A stretch of 64,000 nt of DNA from an uncultured Thermotogae bacterium (GCA_964572855.1 CAZNGF010000006.1:3910-67909); one strand, 5' to 3'; positions 36,258 to 45,943 are shown, counted from the stretch's first letter. Program-made: numbers and translations. Notes: generated from the letters alone by a model not told the origin.

Positions 36258-38456
36258 CTACGATACTTCCGATGCGAGCCCCACGGCCGCTAGCAGCGCG
36301 CGATAGCGCGGTTCGTTTCGCAACGGGTCCCAGCGGTGCCCCACCCCGAGGTAGCTCAGCAGCCAGGTGCGCTCTTCGAGTCCCCGTTCCAGTTCGTCGA
36401 GCGCGGCGTCGTGTGCCCCGAGACCGAGGTGAACCAGCGCGCGGTGGAACGGCGAGACCGGGACGGGGCCCTTCCAAGCGTCGAACTGTTTCAGCACGGA
36501 GCTCGCCGCGCCGCGCCGCCCGAGCCGGCCGTTCAGGTAGCCCAGCGAAGCCAGCGTCGGGACGTTGGGACCCACGAGGTCGAGCTCGGCGCGGAATTCC
36601 CGCAGCGCGTCCTCGTGCCGTTCCAGGGACTCGTAGGCCAATCCCAGCACGGCGCGCGCCGGGCCGAAGTCGGGGTCGAGCTCGAGGGCGCGCTCGCACT
36701 GCGCCACGGCCTCCTCGCCGCGGCGGGCGTAGACGAGCTTCCAGCCCAGCACGGTGTTGATCGTGAGCGAGAGCGGATCGAGTGTGAGGGCCGTTCGAAC
36801 CTGCTCGACGGCCGCCTCGACTTCCCCGGTGGCGGCCAGCAGCTCGGCGTACCACTGGCGCGCCGTGGGGTAGTTGGGGTTCAACTCCAAGGCCCGCTCG
36901 AAGGTGACGCGCGCCGCGCGCCAGTCCCAATCGTGGTTCATCCGGACGTGCGCCAGCGGCGTGAGCGCCTCGGCCGAATCCGGGTCGAGCTCGAGCGCCC
37001 GCAGCGCGGCGGCCCTGGCCTCCGCAAACGTTTGCGGGGGGCGGTAGCCGAACCAGGCCAACGTGGCGTGCGCGTCGGCCAGCCCGGCCCAGGCCGGGGC
37101 GTAGGCCGGGTCGCGCTCGAGGGCCCCGCGGAAGCATGCGACGGCCTTTTCCATCTGCGCCCCCGTGCGCTTGTTCCAGAAGTAGCGCCCCTTGAGGTAG
37201 AGGTGGTAGGCGTCCAGGTTCCCGGCGTGCGGCTGGTCCAGGCGCCGCCGCTCGGCGGCCGAGACCTCGGCGTGCAGGGCGGCGGCGATCTGGCGCGCCA
37301 GCTCGCTCTGGATCGCGAAGATGTCGGTCAGCTCGCGGTCGTAGATCTCGGCCCAGCGCGTCTCGTCCGAGTCCACCTCGACCAAGCGCGCGGCCACGCG
37401 CACCCGACCCCCCTGCGTGCGCACGCTGCCCTCCAGCACGGCCCCCACCCCGAGCGCCGCGCCGATCTCGCGGCGGCTGCGCCTCGTGTGCTTGTAGCGC
37501 AGCGCCGAGGCCGGGGCGATCACCTTGAGGTCGCGCACCCGGGCCAGTTGGGCGATCAGGTCCTCGGTGAGCCCGTCGCTGAACACGGTGTGCGCCTGGC
37601 GCGAGGAGAGCTGGACGAACGGGAGCACGGCGATCGACTTGAAGGCGCGCGCGGCCTCCCCGCGTTGCGCGCGCTCGGCCAGCGCGCGCGTCTCGGCGTC
37701 CGGCTCGGCGCCCAACTCGGCCAGCGCGCGCTCGCAGTCGCGGAACGCCTGCGCGGCCTTGCCGGGCTCGGCGGCGCGGGCGTGGCACCTGATCAGTTGG
37801 CGGTGGGCCGCCTCGCGGTACGGGTCGCGCTCGAGCGCCGCGCGGGCGCAGGCCACGGCGCGCTCGAACGTCCCGCGCCGGGCATGCAACTCGGCCAAGC
37901 GAGTGAGCGCCTCGCCCGCCCGCTCGGCGAAGCGGCGGCGTGGCCCTTCCGCCCAGGGCGCGTAGCGCTCCTCGGCCAGCAGCTCGCCCTCGGCCAGCGC
38001 GGCGGCCCGCTCGTAGGCCGCCACCGCCTCGTCCCAGCGCGCCTCCCGCTCGGCGCGAGCGGCGGCATCGAGCGCTTGCTCGAACGCCTCCAGGTCGATC
38101 CAGCAGGGGGCGGTCTCGCTCAGGCGGTAGCGCCCCTTGCCCTCGCTACGCACGAAGCGCGAGTCCGCCCCCCGCCGCAGCCCGGGCTCGAGCGCGCGCC
38201 GCAGCTCGCTCACGCGCGCGTGCAGGTTCTGCAACGCCTTGTCCGGCGCCAGGTCGGGGAAGAGCCACTCCACCAGTTGCTCCTGGGTCAGCACCTGGCC
38301 GCGCCGGCAGGCCAGCAGCTTGAAGAGCGCCTGGGTCCTGCGCCGCCCCCAGGCGCTCGGGGCAATCGGCTCCCCGTCGCGCCAGGCGCCGAACGGGCCG
38401 ATCAAGCGCGCGCGCAGCCCCGCACGGTTTCGTCCCTCGTCACGCGCATCCGCCAC
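36258..38456 (-). CDS. SARP-type transcriptional regulator (winged helix + BTAD) fused to TolB-N-like and TPR domains
   Basis: N-terminal OmpR/SARP-type DNA-binding domain (LRARLIGPFGAW.DGEPI...LF.LLA...G.V....L.E.LFPD). BTAD (DLEAFE...A.Y.G.LL.E..YA.WAE..R.R...). Then IAVLPF...GVGAVLEGSV module and more than 6 TPR units. Confidence 0.82.
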   Translation of the reverse strand: MADARDEGRNRAGLRARLIGPFGAWRDGEPIAPSAWGRRRTQALFKLLACRRGQVLTQEQLVEWLFPDLAPDKALQNLHARVSELRRALEPGLRRGADSRFVRSEGKGRYRLSETAPCWIDLEAFEQALDAAARAEREARWDEAVAAYERAAALAEGELLAEERYAPWAEGPRRRFAERAGEALTRLAELHARRGTFERAVACARAALERDPYREAAHRQLIRCHARAAEPGKAAQAFRDCERALAELGAEPDAETRALAERAQRGEAARAFKSIAVLPFVQLSSRQAHTVFSDGLTEDLIAQLARVRDLKVIAPASALRYKHTRRSRREIGAALGVGAVLEGSVRTQGGRVRVAARLVEVDSDETRWAEIYDRELTDIFAIQSELARQIAAALHAEVSAAERRRLDQPHAGNLDAYHLYLKGRYFWNKRTGAQMEKAVACFRGALERDPAYAPAWAGLADAHATLAWFGYRPPQTFAEARAAALRALELDPDSAEALTPLAHVRMNHDWDWRAARVTFERALELNPNYPTARQWYAELLAATGEVEAAVEQVRTALTLDPLSLTINTVLGWKLVYARRGEEAVAQCERALELDPDFGPARAVLGLAYESLERHEDALREFRAELDLVGPNVPTLASLGYLNGRLGRRGAASSVLKQFDAWKGPVPVSPFHRALVHLGLGAHDAALDELERGLEERTWLLSYLGVGHRWDPLRNEPRYRALLAAVGLASEVS

Positions 38457-38585
38457 GGTTGCCCCCCTTTGCGGGCTCGATTATAGGGGACGGGCCGCGG
38501 GAATTTACGCCCGGAAGGCAAGCGGAAGCGCGGCCGCCTAGCATCCGAAAACGGAGGACGAGTTCGGCATCACAAGGAGGTTTGC

Positions 38586-39149
38586 ATGCAAAACGCGCTT
38601 TGGGTCGCGCTGGTGGCGCTGGGCTTGCTGGGCGGTTACTTCCTGCTGTCCGGCCCCTCGCCGGCGGCGCCGGCCGGAAAGGAGATCGTGATGGACGTGT
38701 CGGCCGTGGAGATGTCCGGCAACTGCGACGCGCCGGAGGCCACCCAGCTCGATTTCTGGGTGGGCGAGTGGGACCTCAGCTGGGACGGCGGCAGCGGGAC
38801 CAACGTCATCCGGCGCACCCTGGGCGGCTGCGTGATCGAGGAGAACTTCAGCAGCCCGGAACAGGGCTACTACGGCATGAGCGTCTCGATGTTCGACGCG
38901 CGCGCCGGGCAGTGGAAACAGACCTGGGTGGACAACGGCGGGAGCTATCTGGACTTCGTCGGCGGCGTGCGCGACGACGGTCTGATGTCGTTCTGGCGCG
39001 CGTTCACCAACCCCGAGGGGGAGACGGTGACCCAGCGCATGGTCTGGGAAAACGTGTCTGAAGACAGCATGGACTGGCGCTGGGAGCGCTCGCTCGACGG
39101 CGGCGAGAGCTGGGAGACGCTCTGGCTCATCCACTACGAGCGGCGCTAA
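38586..39149 (+). CDS. hypothetical exported protein
   Basis: AAGGAGG Shine-Dalgarno and an N-terminal hydrophobic anchor. W-rich beta-type domain (FWVGEWDLSWDGG...WKQTWVDNGG...MDWRWERSLDGGESWETLW). Family not securely recognised. Confidence 0.65.
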   Translation: MQNALWVALVALGLLGGYFLLSGPSPAAPAGKEIVMDVSAVEMSGNCDAPEATQLDFWVGEWDLSWDGGSGTNVIRRTLGGCVIEENFSSPEQGYYGMSVSMFDARAGQWKQTWVDNGGSYLDFVGGVRDDGLMSFWRAFTNPEGETVTQRMVWENVSEDSMDWRWERSLDGGESWETLWLIHYERR

Positions 39150-39168
39150 GGAGAATAGGGAGAACTTG

Positions 39169-40692
39169 ATGCCTATCATCGGTCGGGTAGTCGGACTCAT
39201 GTTGTTTTGTGTCGGCCTTGCAGCCGGAGCCAGCGCACAGGGCGAAGGCCTTTCCCTCACGCGGGTCGCCCAGGGTCCCATCGCCTCTGACGGTGGCGCG
39301 ACCGGCGCGGCCTGGGCCGACTTCGACGGCGACGGCGATCTGGACCTGTTTACGGTCGGCACCATGCCCAACACGTTCGTCAAAGGGCTCTACCGCAACG
39401 ACGGCGACGGCACCTTCACCAAGCTCAGCGGTGGGACGCTGCTGGAGACCGGCAACGTGTTGCGCGGCCTGAGTTGGGGCGACTACGACAACGACGGCAA
39501 CCTAGACGTCGCCGTGGCCGGTACGCCTTCGCTGGTGTACGGCAACGCGGGCGACGGCACCTTCACCGTGGTCGAGTTGGGCGACGCGGTCGCGCCGGAC
39601 GTACGCGGCTGGTCCCCGTCCTGGGCCGACTACGACAACGACGGATATCTGGACCTGTTCATCACGCACCCAGCCGGATTCGCCGGCTCAGTGCAGCGCA
39701 ACCACCTGTTCCGCAACGGCGGCCCGCCGGACTTCCGACTGACGCGGGTGCCGGAGGTGGCCGTGAGCGCCGAGAGCGCGCCGTTCACCAGCGGCAACTG
39801 GACGGATTTCGACGGCGACGGCGACTTGGACTTGTTCGTCGGCAGCGGACCGGCCAATGGGCTCAAGGGGCTGGACTTCTACTACCGCAACCTGCTGAGC
39901 GAAACTGGGTCAGCGGCGTTCGAGCGCATCCGCGGCACCCCCTTCGCTGACCAGCGCCGTGACGGCCAGGTCGTCAACTGGATCGACATCGACAACGACC
40001 GCGACCTTGACTTCTTCGTCACCAACTGGGGCGGGCAATTGGGCGGGCTCGAAAACGAGCTCTACCGCAACGACTGTGGGACGTTCGTCCGCGTCACCGA
40101 GGGGCCGCTGGTGACCGACCGGGCCATCTCGCTGGCCAACGTCTGGGGCGACCTAGACAACGACGGCGACCTCGACGTGGTGGTGGCCAACAGCGGGCGC
40201 AACGGCTTCTACCTCAACCGCGGCGACGGGACGTTCGAGCGCGTCGCCCAAGGCGCGTTCGTCGCCGACAGCAACGCGAACTGGAGCGCCTCGCTGGGCG
40301 ACTACGACGACGACGGCGACCTCGACGTGTTCATCCCCGCGCTGCGACCCAACGCGCGGCATTTTCTCTACCGCAACGACTTGGCCAAAGGCAACGCCTG
40401 GATCGCTCTCGACCTGGTCGGTACGGTCTCCAACCGCGCCGGGATCGGCGCCAAGGTCCATGCCCGGGCCAGGATCGACGGCCGGCACGTCTGGCAGCAG
40501 CGCGAGGTTTCGAGCCAGAACAGCTTTCTGGGGCACAACATGCTGCGCGTCCACTTCGGGTTCGGGGATGCCTCCTGGGTCGACAAACTCGTGATCGAGT
40601 GGCCTTCGGGGGCGACCGACCGCTTCGCCGACGTCGAGGTGAACCGGCGCCTGCGCGCCACCGAGGGAGGCGGATTGGCAGCCGTCGAATGA
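39169..40692 (+). CDS. FG-GAP/VCBS-repeat protein with ASPIC/UnbV domain (CRTAC1 family)
   Basis: Signal peptide. Six or seven copies of the FDGDGDLDLF / YDNDGNLDV / LDNDGDLDVV repeat. C-terminal GIGAKV...R.Q.REV....SFLG.N...VHFGFG....VD.L.IEWPSG. Confidence 0.88.
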   Translation: MPIIGRVVGLMLFCVGLAAGASAQGEGLSLTRVAQGPIASDGGATGAAWADFDGDGDLDLFTVGTMPNTFVKGLYRNDGDGTFTKLSGGTLLETGNVLRGLSWGDYDNDGNLDVAVAGTPSLVYGNAGDGTFTVVELGDAVAPDVRGWSPSWADYDNDGYLDLFITHPAGFAGSVQRNHLFRNGGPPDFRLTRVPEVAVSAESAPFTSGNWTDFDGDGDLDLFVGSGPANGLKGLDFYYRNLLSETGSAAFERIRGTPFADQRRDGQVVNWIDIDNDRDLDFFVTNWGGQLGGLENELYRNDCGTFVRVTEGPLVTDRAISLANVWGDLDNDGDLDVVVANSGRNGFYLNRGDGTFERVAQGAFVADSNANWSASLGDYDDDGDLDVFIPALRPNARHFLYRNDLAKGNAWIALDLVGTVSNRAGIGAKVHARARIDGRHVWQQREVSSQNSFLGHNMLRVHFGFGDASWVDKLVIEWPSGATDRFADVEVNRRLRATEGGGLAAVE

Positions 40693-40748
40693 AGGGGCGT
40701 TCAAGCGATGTCAAGGCGCCTCTGCACGCCGGCCCCCGGTGCCTTATC

Positions 40749-42314
40749 ATGACCACCCCGACGTCAATCAGAGGAGGTCATGTTCCTTTGGCATCACGAT
40801 GGATTCGACCGTTGAGCGCCGCGGCGCTCCTGACGCTGACTTCCCTGTGGCCGGCACACGCCCAGTTCGGGCCTCAAGAGCCCGACCTGGTGGTCACCGA
40901 GATCACCCTCTCGAACGAGCGCCCCGCTCCCGGAGACGAGCTCACGGTGCGGGCCACGATCAAGAACGCGGGCGAGGCGGAAGCGGACGGCGGCTTCAAC
41001 GTGCGCTTTCACCTGAGCCTGGCGCCCGATCAGGTGGCCATCACCTTCGGCGCGCCCATCAACGACCTGACCGTGTCCATCCAGCGCCAGGGGCGGGGCC
41101 TGCGCCCCGGCGAGGAACGGACCGTGAGCTTCCCCTGGACCGTGGTGGGCGTGCCGCTGCTGCGCCTGCGCGCCACGGTCGACGCGCCGTTGGACCGCGT
41201 GCAAGAGGCCGACGAGCGCAACAACACGCTGGAGCGCGCCGTGTTCATCGAGGAGGCCGAGCTGGACGCCTGGTGGCAGGACCAGATCGGCGGCCGCGAG
41301 GCCCTGGCGCTGGAGCGCGGGAGCGAGGACGTGGTGGTGGCCGTGGTCGACTCCGGCATCGACTGGAGCCACCCCGAGCTGGCCGACCGGCTCTGGACCA
41401 ACCCCGGCGAGGCGCCCGGAAACGGCCAAGACGACGATGGCAACGGCTTCGTGGACGACGTACACGGTTGGGACTTCGTCGACGACGACAACAACCTGGG
41501 CGGGACGCCGCGCGACCTGCACGCCACGGCCGTGGCCGGCATCGTCGCCGCCGCCGACGACGGCCGCGGCACGACCGGCGTGGCCCCGGGTGCCCGGCTC
41601 ATGGACCTGCGCGTGCTCGACAGCCGCGGCTTCGGCGGCTTCGACGACGTCACGGCCGCGATCCACTACGCCGTGGCGCACGGGGCGGACGTGATCAACT
41701 TGAGCCTGGGCGCGCCCGAGAACGCCGCCGAGTTCTGCCCGCCGACCACGCGCGCGATTTGCAGTGACCAGCTCGATGCCCTGCTGGCGGCGCAGGAGGC
41801 GGCCATCGACGCCGCGCGCGCAGCGGGCGCGGTCGTGGTGGCCTCGGCCGGCAACGAGGGCGCCGGCGTGGGCTTCCCGGCGCGCTTTGAATCGGCCCTA
41901 GCCGTGGGCGCCACCACGCTGCAGAACCGCGTGGCCGGCTACAGCAACCGGGGCGGCGAGGTCGTGGTGACCGCCCCCGGCGGCGACCTGAGCGAGGAGC
42001 AACTGCGCGCGCTGTTCGCCTCGCTGGCCGACGACTTCCAGGCGGTCGTGCCCCAGCTCGCCTCCCTGATCGTGGCCCCGTATCCCGGCGAGGGCTACGG
42101 CTGGTTCTCGGGCACCTCGGCCGCCGCGCCGTTTGTGAGCGGCGTGGTCGCGCTCATGCGCTCGGCCAACCCGGACCTGACGCCGGACCAGATCACCCAA
42201 ATCCTGCGGGAGACGGCCACCGACCGCGGCGCGTCCGGCCGGGACGATTCCTTCGGCGCGGGCATCGTGCACGCGCGCCGCGCCGTCGAGGCGGCGCGAA
42301 CAGTCGGAAACTGA
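40749..42314 (+). CDS. secreted CARDB-domain subtilisin-like serine protease (peptidase S8)
   Basis: Signal peptide ending WPAHAQ. CARDB-like segment (DLVVTEITLSNERPAPGDELTVRATIKNAGEAEA). Catalytic triad contexts VAVVDSGID, HATAVAGIVAA and GTSAAAPFVSG. An alternative TTG start lies at 40788, after GAGGAGG. Confidence 0.9.
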   Translation: MTTPTSIRGGHVPLASRWIRPLSAAALLTLTSLWPAHAQFGPQEPDLVVTEITLSNERPAPGDELTVRATIKNAGEAEADGGFNVRFHLSLAPDQVAITFGAPINDLTVSIQRQGRGLRPGEERTVSFPWTVVGVPLLRLRATVDAPLDRVQEADERNNTLERAVFIEEAELDAWWQDQIGGREALALERGSEDVVVAVVDSGIDWSHPELADRLWTNPGEAPGNGQDDDGNGFVDDVHGWDFVDDDNNLGGTPRDLHATAVAGIVAAADDGRGTTGVAPGARLMDLRVLDSRGFGGFDDVTAAIHYAVAHGADVINLSLGAPENAAEFCPPTTRAICSDQLDALLAAQEAAIDAARAAGAVVVASAGNEGAGVGFPARFESALAVGATTLQNRVAGYSNRGGEVVVTAPGGDLSEEQLRALFASLADDFQAVVPQLASLIVAPYPGEGYGWFSGTSAAAPFVSGVVALMRSANPDLTPDQITQILRETATDRGASGRDDSFGAGIVHARRAVEAARTVGN

Positions 42315-42503
42315 TCGGATTCAACGGGAAGAAACGGACTTGGGGAGAGCGTTTTGTCGAGCTCTACCCAAGTATCCCGTGCGCCAGTCGGCCGAGGTCC
42401 TCGGCGAAATGGGATCTGTGGCGTATTCACTTGTCTGCCGCGTGTGTGTCTTGGGCATCGCTGCAACCCTAGCACGATTCCGCGCGCGTCCGAACGATAA
42501 GGG

Positions 42504-43472
42504 TTACCGGCGCGGCTGATCCCGGTCAGGTTCGCGGGGGGCAACGCCGCGCCCGTCCGCCGCGTCCGGGCGCCGCCGCCGGCCCAGCAGCCCTCCGGGG
42601 AAGAAGCGCACGACCAGGATGAGCGCGACCCCGAGCAAGAGGGGATGGCCCGTGCTCCACCAGCGGCTCAGCAGAAGTTCGAGCCCCTTGAAGCCGGCCG
42701 TGCCCAGCACGGGTCCGGCCAACGTGCCCGCCCCGCCGAACAGCGTCCAGACGATCACGTCGGCGGAGAGAATCCAGTGGAAGAGCGAGGCGTCCACGAA
42801 GCGGTTGAAGGTCGCAAACAGCGCGCCGGCCAGGCCGGAAAGCACACCCGAGGCCAAAAACGCCGTCCACTTGAGCGCCGCCACCGGATACCCCAGCTCG
42901 GCCGCGCGGCGCTCGTTCTCGCGCACGAGGCGCCAAGACAACCCCAGCGGCGTGCGCAGCAGCCAGCGCAGCCCGGCCAGCGCGGCGGCCGTCGTCCCGA
43001 GCAGGGCGAAATAGAGCGTCGTCCGATCGGTCAGGTCGAGCCCGAAGGGCGCCGGCAGCGCAAAGGTGCGCCCGTTGTCGCCGCCCGTGATCGCGTTCAG
43101 GTTGAGCGCCAGCAGGTAGAGCGCCATGGCGGTCACCGCGGTGAGGATGATGAAGCCGTGCCCGTGGGTGCGCACGGCCAGCGCGCCCAACACCGCCGCG
43201 CCCAGCGCCGCCGCGCCCACGCCGGCCAGCAGCGCCAGCGGCAGGCCCACCCCGCCGTAGAGGATGGCCAGCGCCACGCCGTAGGCCCCCAGGCCGAAGT
43301 AGACCGACTGTCCCAGGCTCAGCAGCCCGGCGTAACCGTAGAGCAGGTTGAACCCGAGCGCGAACAGCGACCAGACCAAGAGCTCGCTGGCAAACAGCAG
43401 GTAGAACGGCGGCAGGACGAGCGGCGCGGCCAACAGCAGCCCCGCCCCGGCGACCCAGAGGAGCCGGCTCAC
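42504..43472 (-). CDS. livM: branched-chain amino acid ABC transporter permease (LivM-type)
   Basis: GTG 43472 overlaps the livH stop (GTGA). LVWSLFALGFNLLYGYAGLLSLGQSVYFGLGAY is the LivM signature. The long N-terminal extension in the ORF track is an overlap artefact. Confidence 0.85.
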   Translation of the reverse strand: MSRLLWVAGAGLLLAAPLVLPPFYLLFASELLVWSLFALGFNLLYGYAGLLSLGQSVYFGLGAYGVALAILYGGVGLPLALLAGVGAAALGAAVLGALAVRTHGHGFIILTAVTAMALYLLALNLNAITGGDNGRTFALPAPFGLDLTDRTTLYFALLGTTAAALAGLRWLLRTPLGLSWRLVRENERRAAELGYPVAALKWTAFLASGVLSGLAGALFATFNRFVDASLFHWILSADVIVWTLFGGAGTLAGPVLGTAGFKGLELLLSRWWSTGHPLLLGVALILVVRFFPGGLLGRRRRPDAADGRGVAPREPDRDQPRR

Positions 43473-44320
43473 TCCGCCCCCCGGAACAGCCCGTCGGGCC
43501 GCCAGAGCAGCAGCGCCCCCAGCAACAACAGCGTGACCAACTGGGCCTCGGTGGGCTGGATCCACGCGCTCAGCACCCCTTCGGTCACGCGCGCGAGCAC
43601 GGCCACCAGGGCGGCCCCGCCCAGGCTGCCCACCCCGCCCACGATCACGACCAAGAAGGCCAGGATCAGGATGTCGAGGCCCATGTAGGCGCTCACTGAC
43701 ACCAGCGGCGCCGTGAGCACGCCGGCCAGCGCGGCCAGCCCGGCGCCCAGCCCGAAGGCCAGCGAATACACGCGCGGGACCGGAATGCCCAGCCCGAGCG
43801 CGAGCTCGGGGTTCTGGCGCACGGCCCGCACCCAGGTCCCAAAGCGCGTGCGGTGTAGGAAGGCCCAGAGCGCGAGCATGACCAGCACCGAGACGCCCGC
43901 CACGAACAGACGATAGCTCGGATACGGCACGCTCCCGAGCCAGAGCGCCCCGCGGAAGGGCGCGCTCATGCGCTGGACCGAGGTGCCGAAGGTGAGCAGC
44001 ACGACCTGCTGGGCGATCAGCATGAGCCCGAAGGTGGCCAGGATGGTCATGACCGGCTTGCCGATCAGCGGGCGCAGCGTGAGGCGCTCGGCGGCCGCCC
44101 CGATCAAGGCCACGGCCGGCGGCGCGAGCAAGAGCGCGATCCAGAAGCCGAAGTGCTGGGCGACCAGCCAGCCCAACACCGCGCCCAGCATGTAGAAGGC
44201 GCCGTGGGCCACGTTGATCACGCCCAGCACGCCGTAGATGAGGTTGAGCCCCACGCTCATGAGCGCGACGATCCAGCCCCACACCAGCCCGTTAAGCGCC
44301 TGCAGGATGAGTGCGGTCAT
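43469..44320 (-). CDS. livH: branched-chain amino acid ABC transporter permease (LivH-type)
   Basis: MTALILQALNGLVWGWIVALMSVGLNLIYGVLGVINVAHGAFYMLGA is the typical LivH N-terminus. 283 aa. Confidence 0.88.
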   Translation of the reverse strand: MTALILQALNGLVWGWIVALMSVGLNLIYGVLGVINVAHGAFYMLGAVLGWLVAQHFGFWIALLLAPPAVALIGAAAERLTLRPLIGKPVMTILATFGLMLIAQQVVLLTFGTSVQRMSAPFRGALWLGSVPYPSYRLFVAGVSVLVMLALWAFLHRTRFGTWVRAVRQNPELALGLGIPVPRVYSLAFGLGAGLAALAGVLTAPLVSVSAYMGLDILILAFLVVIVGGVGSLGGAALVAVLARVTEGVLSAWIQPTEAQLVTLLLLGALLLWRPDGLFRGAE

Positions 44321-44446
44321 CGAAAAACCCTTTGGAGAAACCGACAAACCGGACGGCTGTTGTGAGGCTGGTCCACGGACTCACCTCAGCCTAGTCTTGT
44401 TCGCCCTTTGATTGGGGGGATTGTAGCGAACGCGTGAGGGACCCGC

Positions 44447-44632
44447 TCAGTCGCCGGCGCGGGCCAATTGGGCAACGTCGGCCAATTCGAGCGATTCGAT
44501 GCGACCGAAGTGCTTTTCGTTGCGCGTCAGGAGGGGCCAAGCCGCGCGCAAACAACAGCCGGCGATCAGGAGGTCGGCCGTGTCGAGCAGGCGCCCCGCC
44601 CGATCGGTTACAATGCCGGCGCTTTGGAAAGG
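44447..44632 (-). pseudogene. PIN-domain (VapC-like) toxin, C-terminal remnant
   Basis: Minus-strand frame ending at TGA (complement of 44447-44449) reads PFQSAGIVTDRAGRLLDTADLLIAGCCLRAAWPLLTRNEKHFGRIESLELADV. This matches the D.lIAa.A...g..LvTrN.kdF..i.gL end of PIN toxins. The N-terminal two thirds are missing, their position taken by the opposite-strand membrane gene. No antitoxin ORF is present. Confidence 0.5.
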
Positions 44633-44646
44633 CGGTCGGTCGTCCC

Positions 44647-45027
44647 ATGAACAGGTCCCCGCTGCTTGCCGGTCTGCTCTCGCTGCTGTTGCTCGCCGTC
44701 GGCGTGGCGCTGGCCTTCGGCTGGGCCTGGTGGCAGGGGCGTTCCGGCGGTGAGGGCATGGAGGATCTGGCCTTTTTGGTCGGGGCGCTTTCGATCTCCC
44801 TCCTGCTGACGGCCGTCGCCCCGGTCGCCGTCAGCCTGCTGTGGCACGGGTTCAGCCTGCCGCGGCTGTTCGCCGCGCTGGTCGTGGGCGGGTTCTACGT
44901 GCTGATTGCCGTGGTCGTCTTGCGCAACGTGCAGGTCCTCTTCCCACAGTACGCGCTGGGCGGGTTGTTGCTGGCCGGGCTCGGCTTGCAGTTTCTCATT
45001 CCCTGGATCGTGGCGCGCACGCGGTAA
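44647..45027 (+). CDS. hypothetical 4-TM membrane protein
   Basis: 126 aa from the internal ATG. Four clear hydrophobic helices. Confidence 0.6.
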   Translation: MNRSPLLAGLLSLLLLAVGVALAFGWAWWQGRSGGEGMEDLAFLVGALSISLLLTAVAPVAVSLLWHGFSLPRLFAALVVGGFYVLIAVVVLRNVQVLFPQYALGGLLLAGLGLQFLIPWIVARTR

Positions 45028-45039
45028 TTCCTGCATCGG

Positions 45040-45067
45040 GTAGGGGCGCTTCGCGAAGCGCCCCTAC
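45040..45067. repeat. perfect 28-bp palindrome GTAGGGGCGC-TTCGCGAA-GCGCCCCTAC (bidirectional terminator-like hairpin)
   Basis: Read directly. It lies between convergent genes (stops at 45027 and 45092). The arms are identical to those at 15807-15834, and the 8-nt centre differs but is again self-complementary. Confidence 0.75.
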
Positions 45068-45091
45068 GGAACGCGATCACACGGTCCCCGA

Positions 45092-45907
45092 TTAGATCAA
45101 CCCCAGCACGAACTTGAGGTAGACGAAATACACCGGGAAGGCGAACAGCAGGCCGTCCACGCGGTCGAGCAGGCCGCCGTGGCCGGGCAGAATCGCGCCG
45201 GCGTCCTTGACGCCGGCGTTGCGCTTGAGCCAGGACTCGAACAGGTCGCCGGCCTGGGTGGCCACGCTCAGGGCCAGCGGCAGGAACACGAGCCACTGCA
45301 GGTTCCAGGCGGCGTTGGGGACCCAGAGCGGTGCGCTCAGCGCGACCAGAAACGCCCCGGCCGCCCCGCCCCAGGCGCCCTCCCAGGTTTTCTTGGGGCT
45401 GAGCTCGGGCAGCAGCCGCTGCCGGCCCCAGAAGGAGCCGGCGAAGAACGCGATGATGTCGTAGGCCCACACCGAGCAGAGCAAGAACAGCAGGTAGTAG
45501 CCGCCGTAGACCGGCAGGTAGACCCAGAGCGAAAACTGGAGCAGGACAGGAAAGTAGAGCACGCTGGCCCAGGCCAGCAGCGTGTGGCGCCACGTCGCCC
45601 CGCGCAGGCGGTCCCAGGCCCAGGGCCACAGCAGCGCGAGCGCGAGCGCCCAGGGCCAGTAGCGCCCCCCGAAAAACAGCGGCGAGACCCCGAACAGCAC
45701 GTTGAGCGCGCTCAGGGCGTTTCCCTCGAGTTGATACCCCCAGCGGTTGACCAGGTAGACGTACTCGACCGTGCAGATGAGCACGACCCCGCCCAGCAGC
45801 AAGGCCACGCCCCACGGGCTGCCGGTGCTCTTGGAAAAGACCAGCAGGCCGGTCACGACCGCGATGAAGGCCACGGCGGTGAGCGTACGCGGGAGGAGTT
45901 CACGCAT
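45092..45907 (-). CDS. cdsA: phosphatidate cytidylyltransferase
   Basis: 271 aa polytopic protein. The C-terminal signature is SWLKRNAGVKDAGAILPGHGGLLDRVDGLLF. Confidence 0.92.
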   Translation of the reverse strand: MRELLPRTLTAVAFIAVVTGLLVFSKSTGSPWGVALLLGGVVLICTVEYVYLVNRWGYQLEGNALSALNVLFGVSPLFFGGRYWPWALALALLWPWAWDRLRGATWRHTLLAWASVLYFPVLLQFSLWVYLPVYGGYYLLFLLCSVWAYDIIAFFAGSFWGRQRLLPELSPKKTWEGAWGGAAGAFLVALSAPLWVPNAAWNLQWLVFLPLALSVATQAGDLFESWLKRNAGVKDAGAILPGHGGLLDRVDGLLFAFPVYFVYLKFVLGLI

Positions 45908-45943
45908 GCTGGGGCCGTCCTGTGCGCCGATCGCGCTGCGCGC

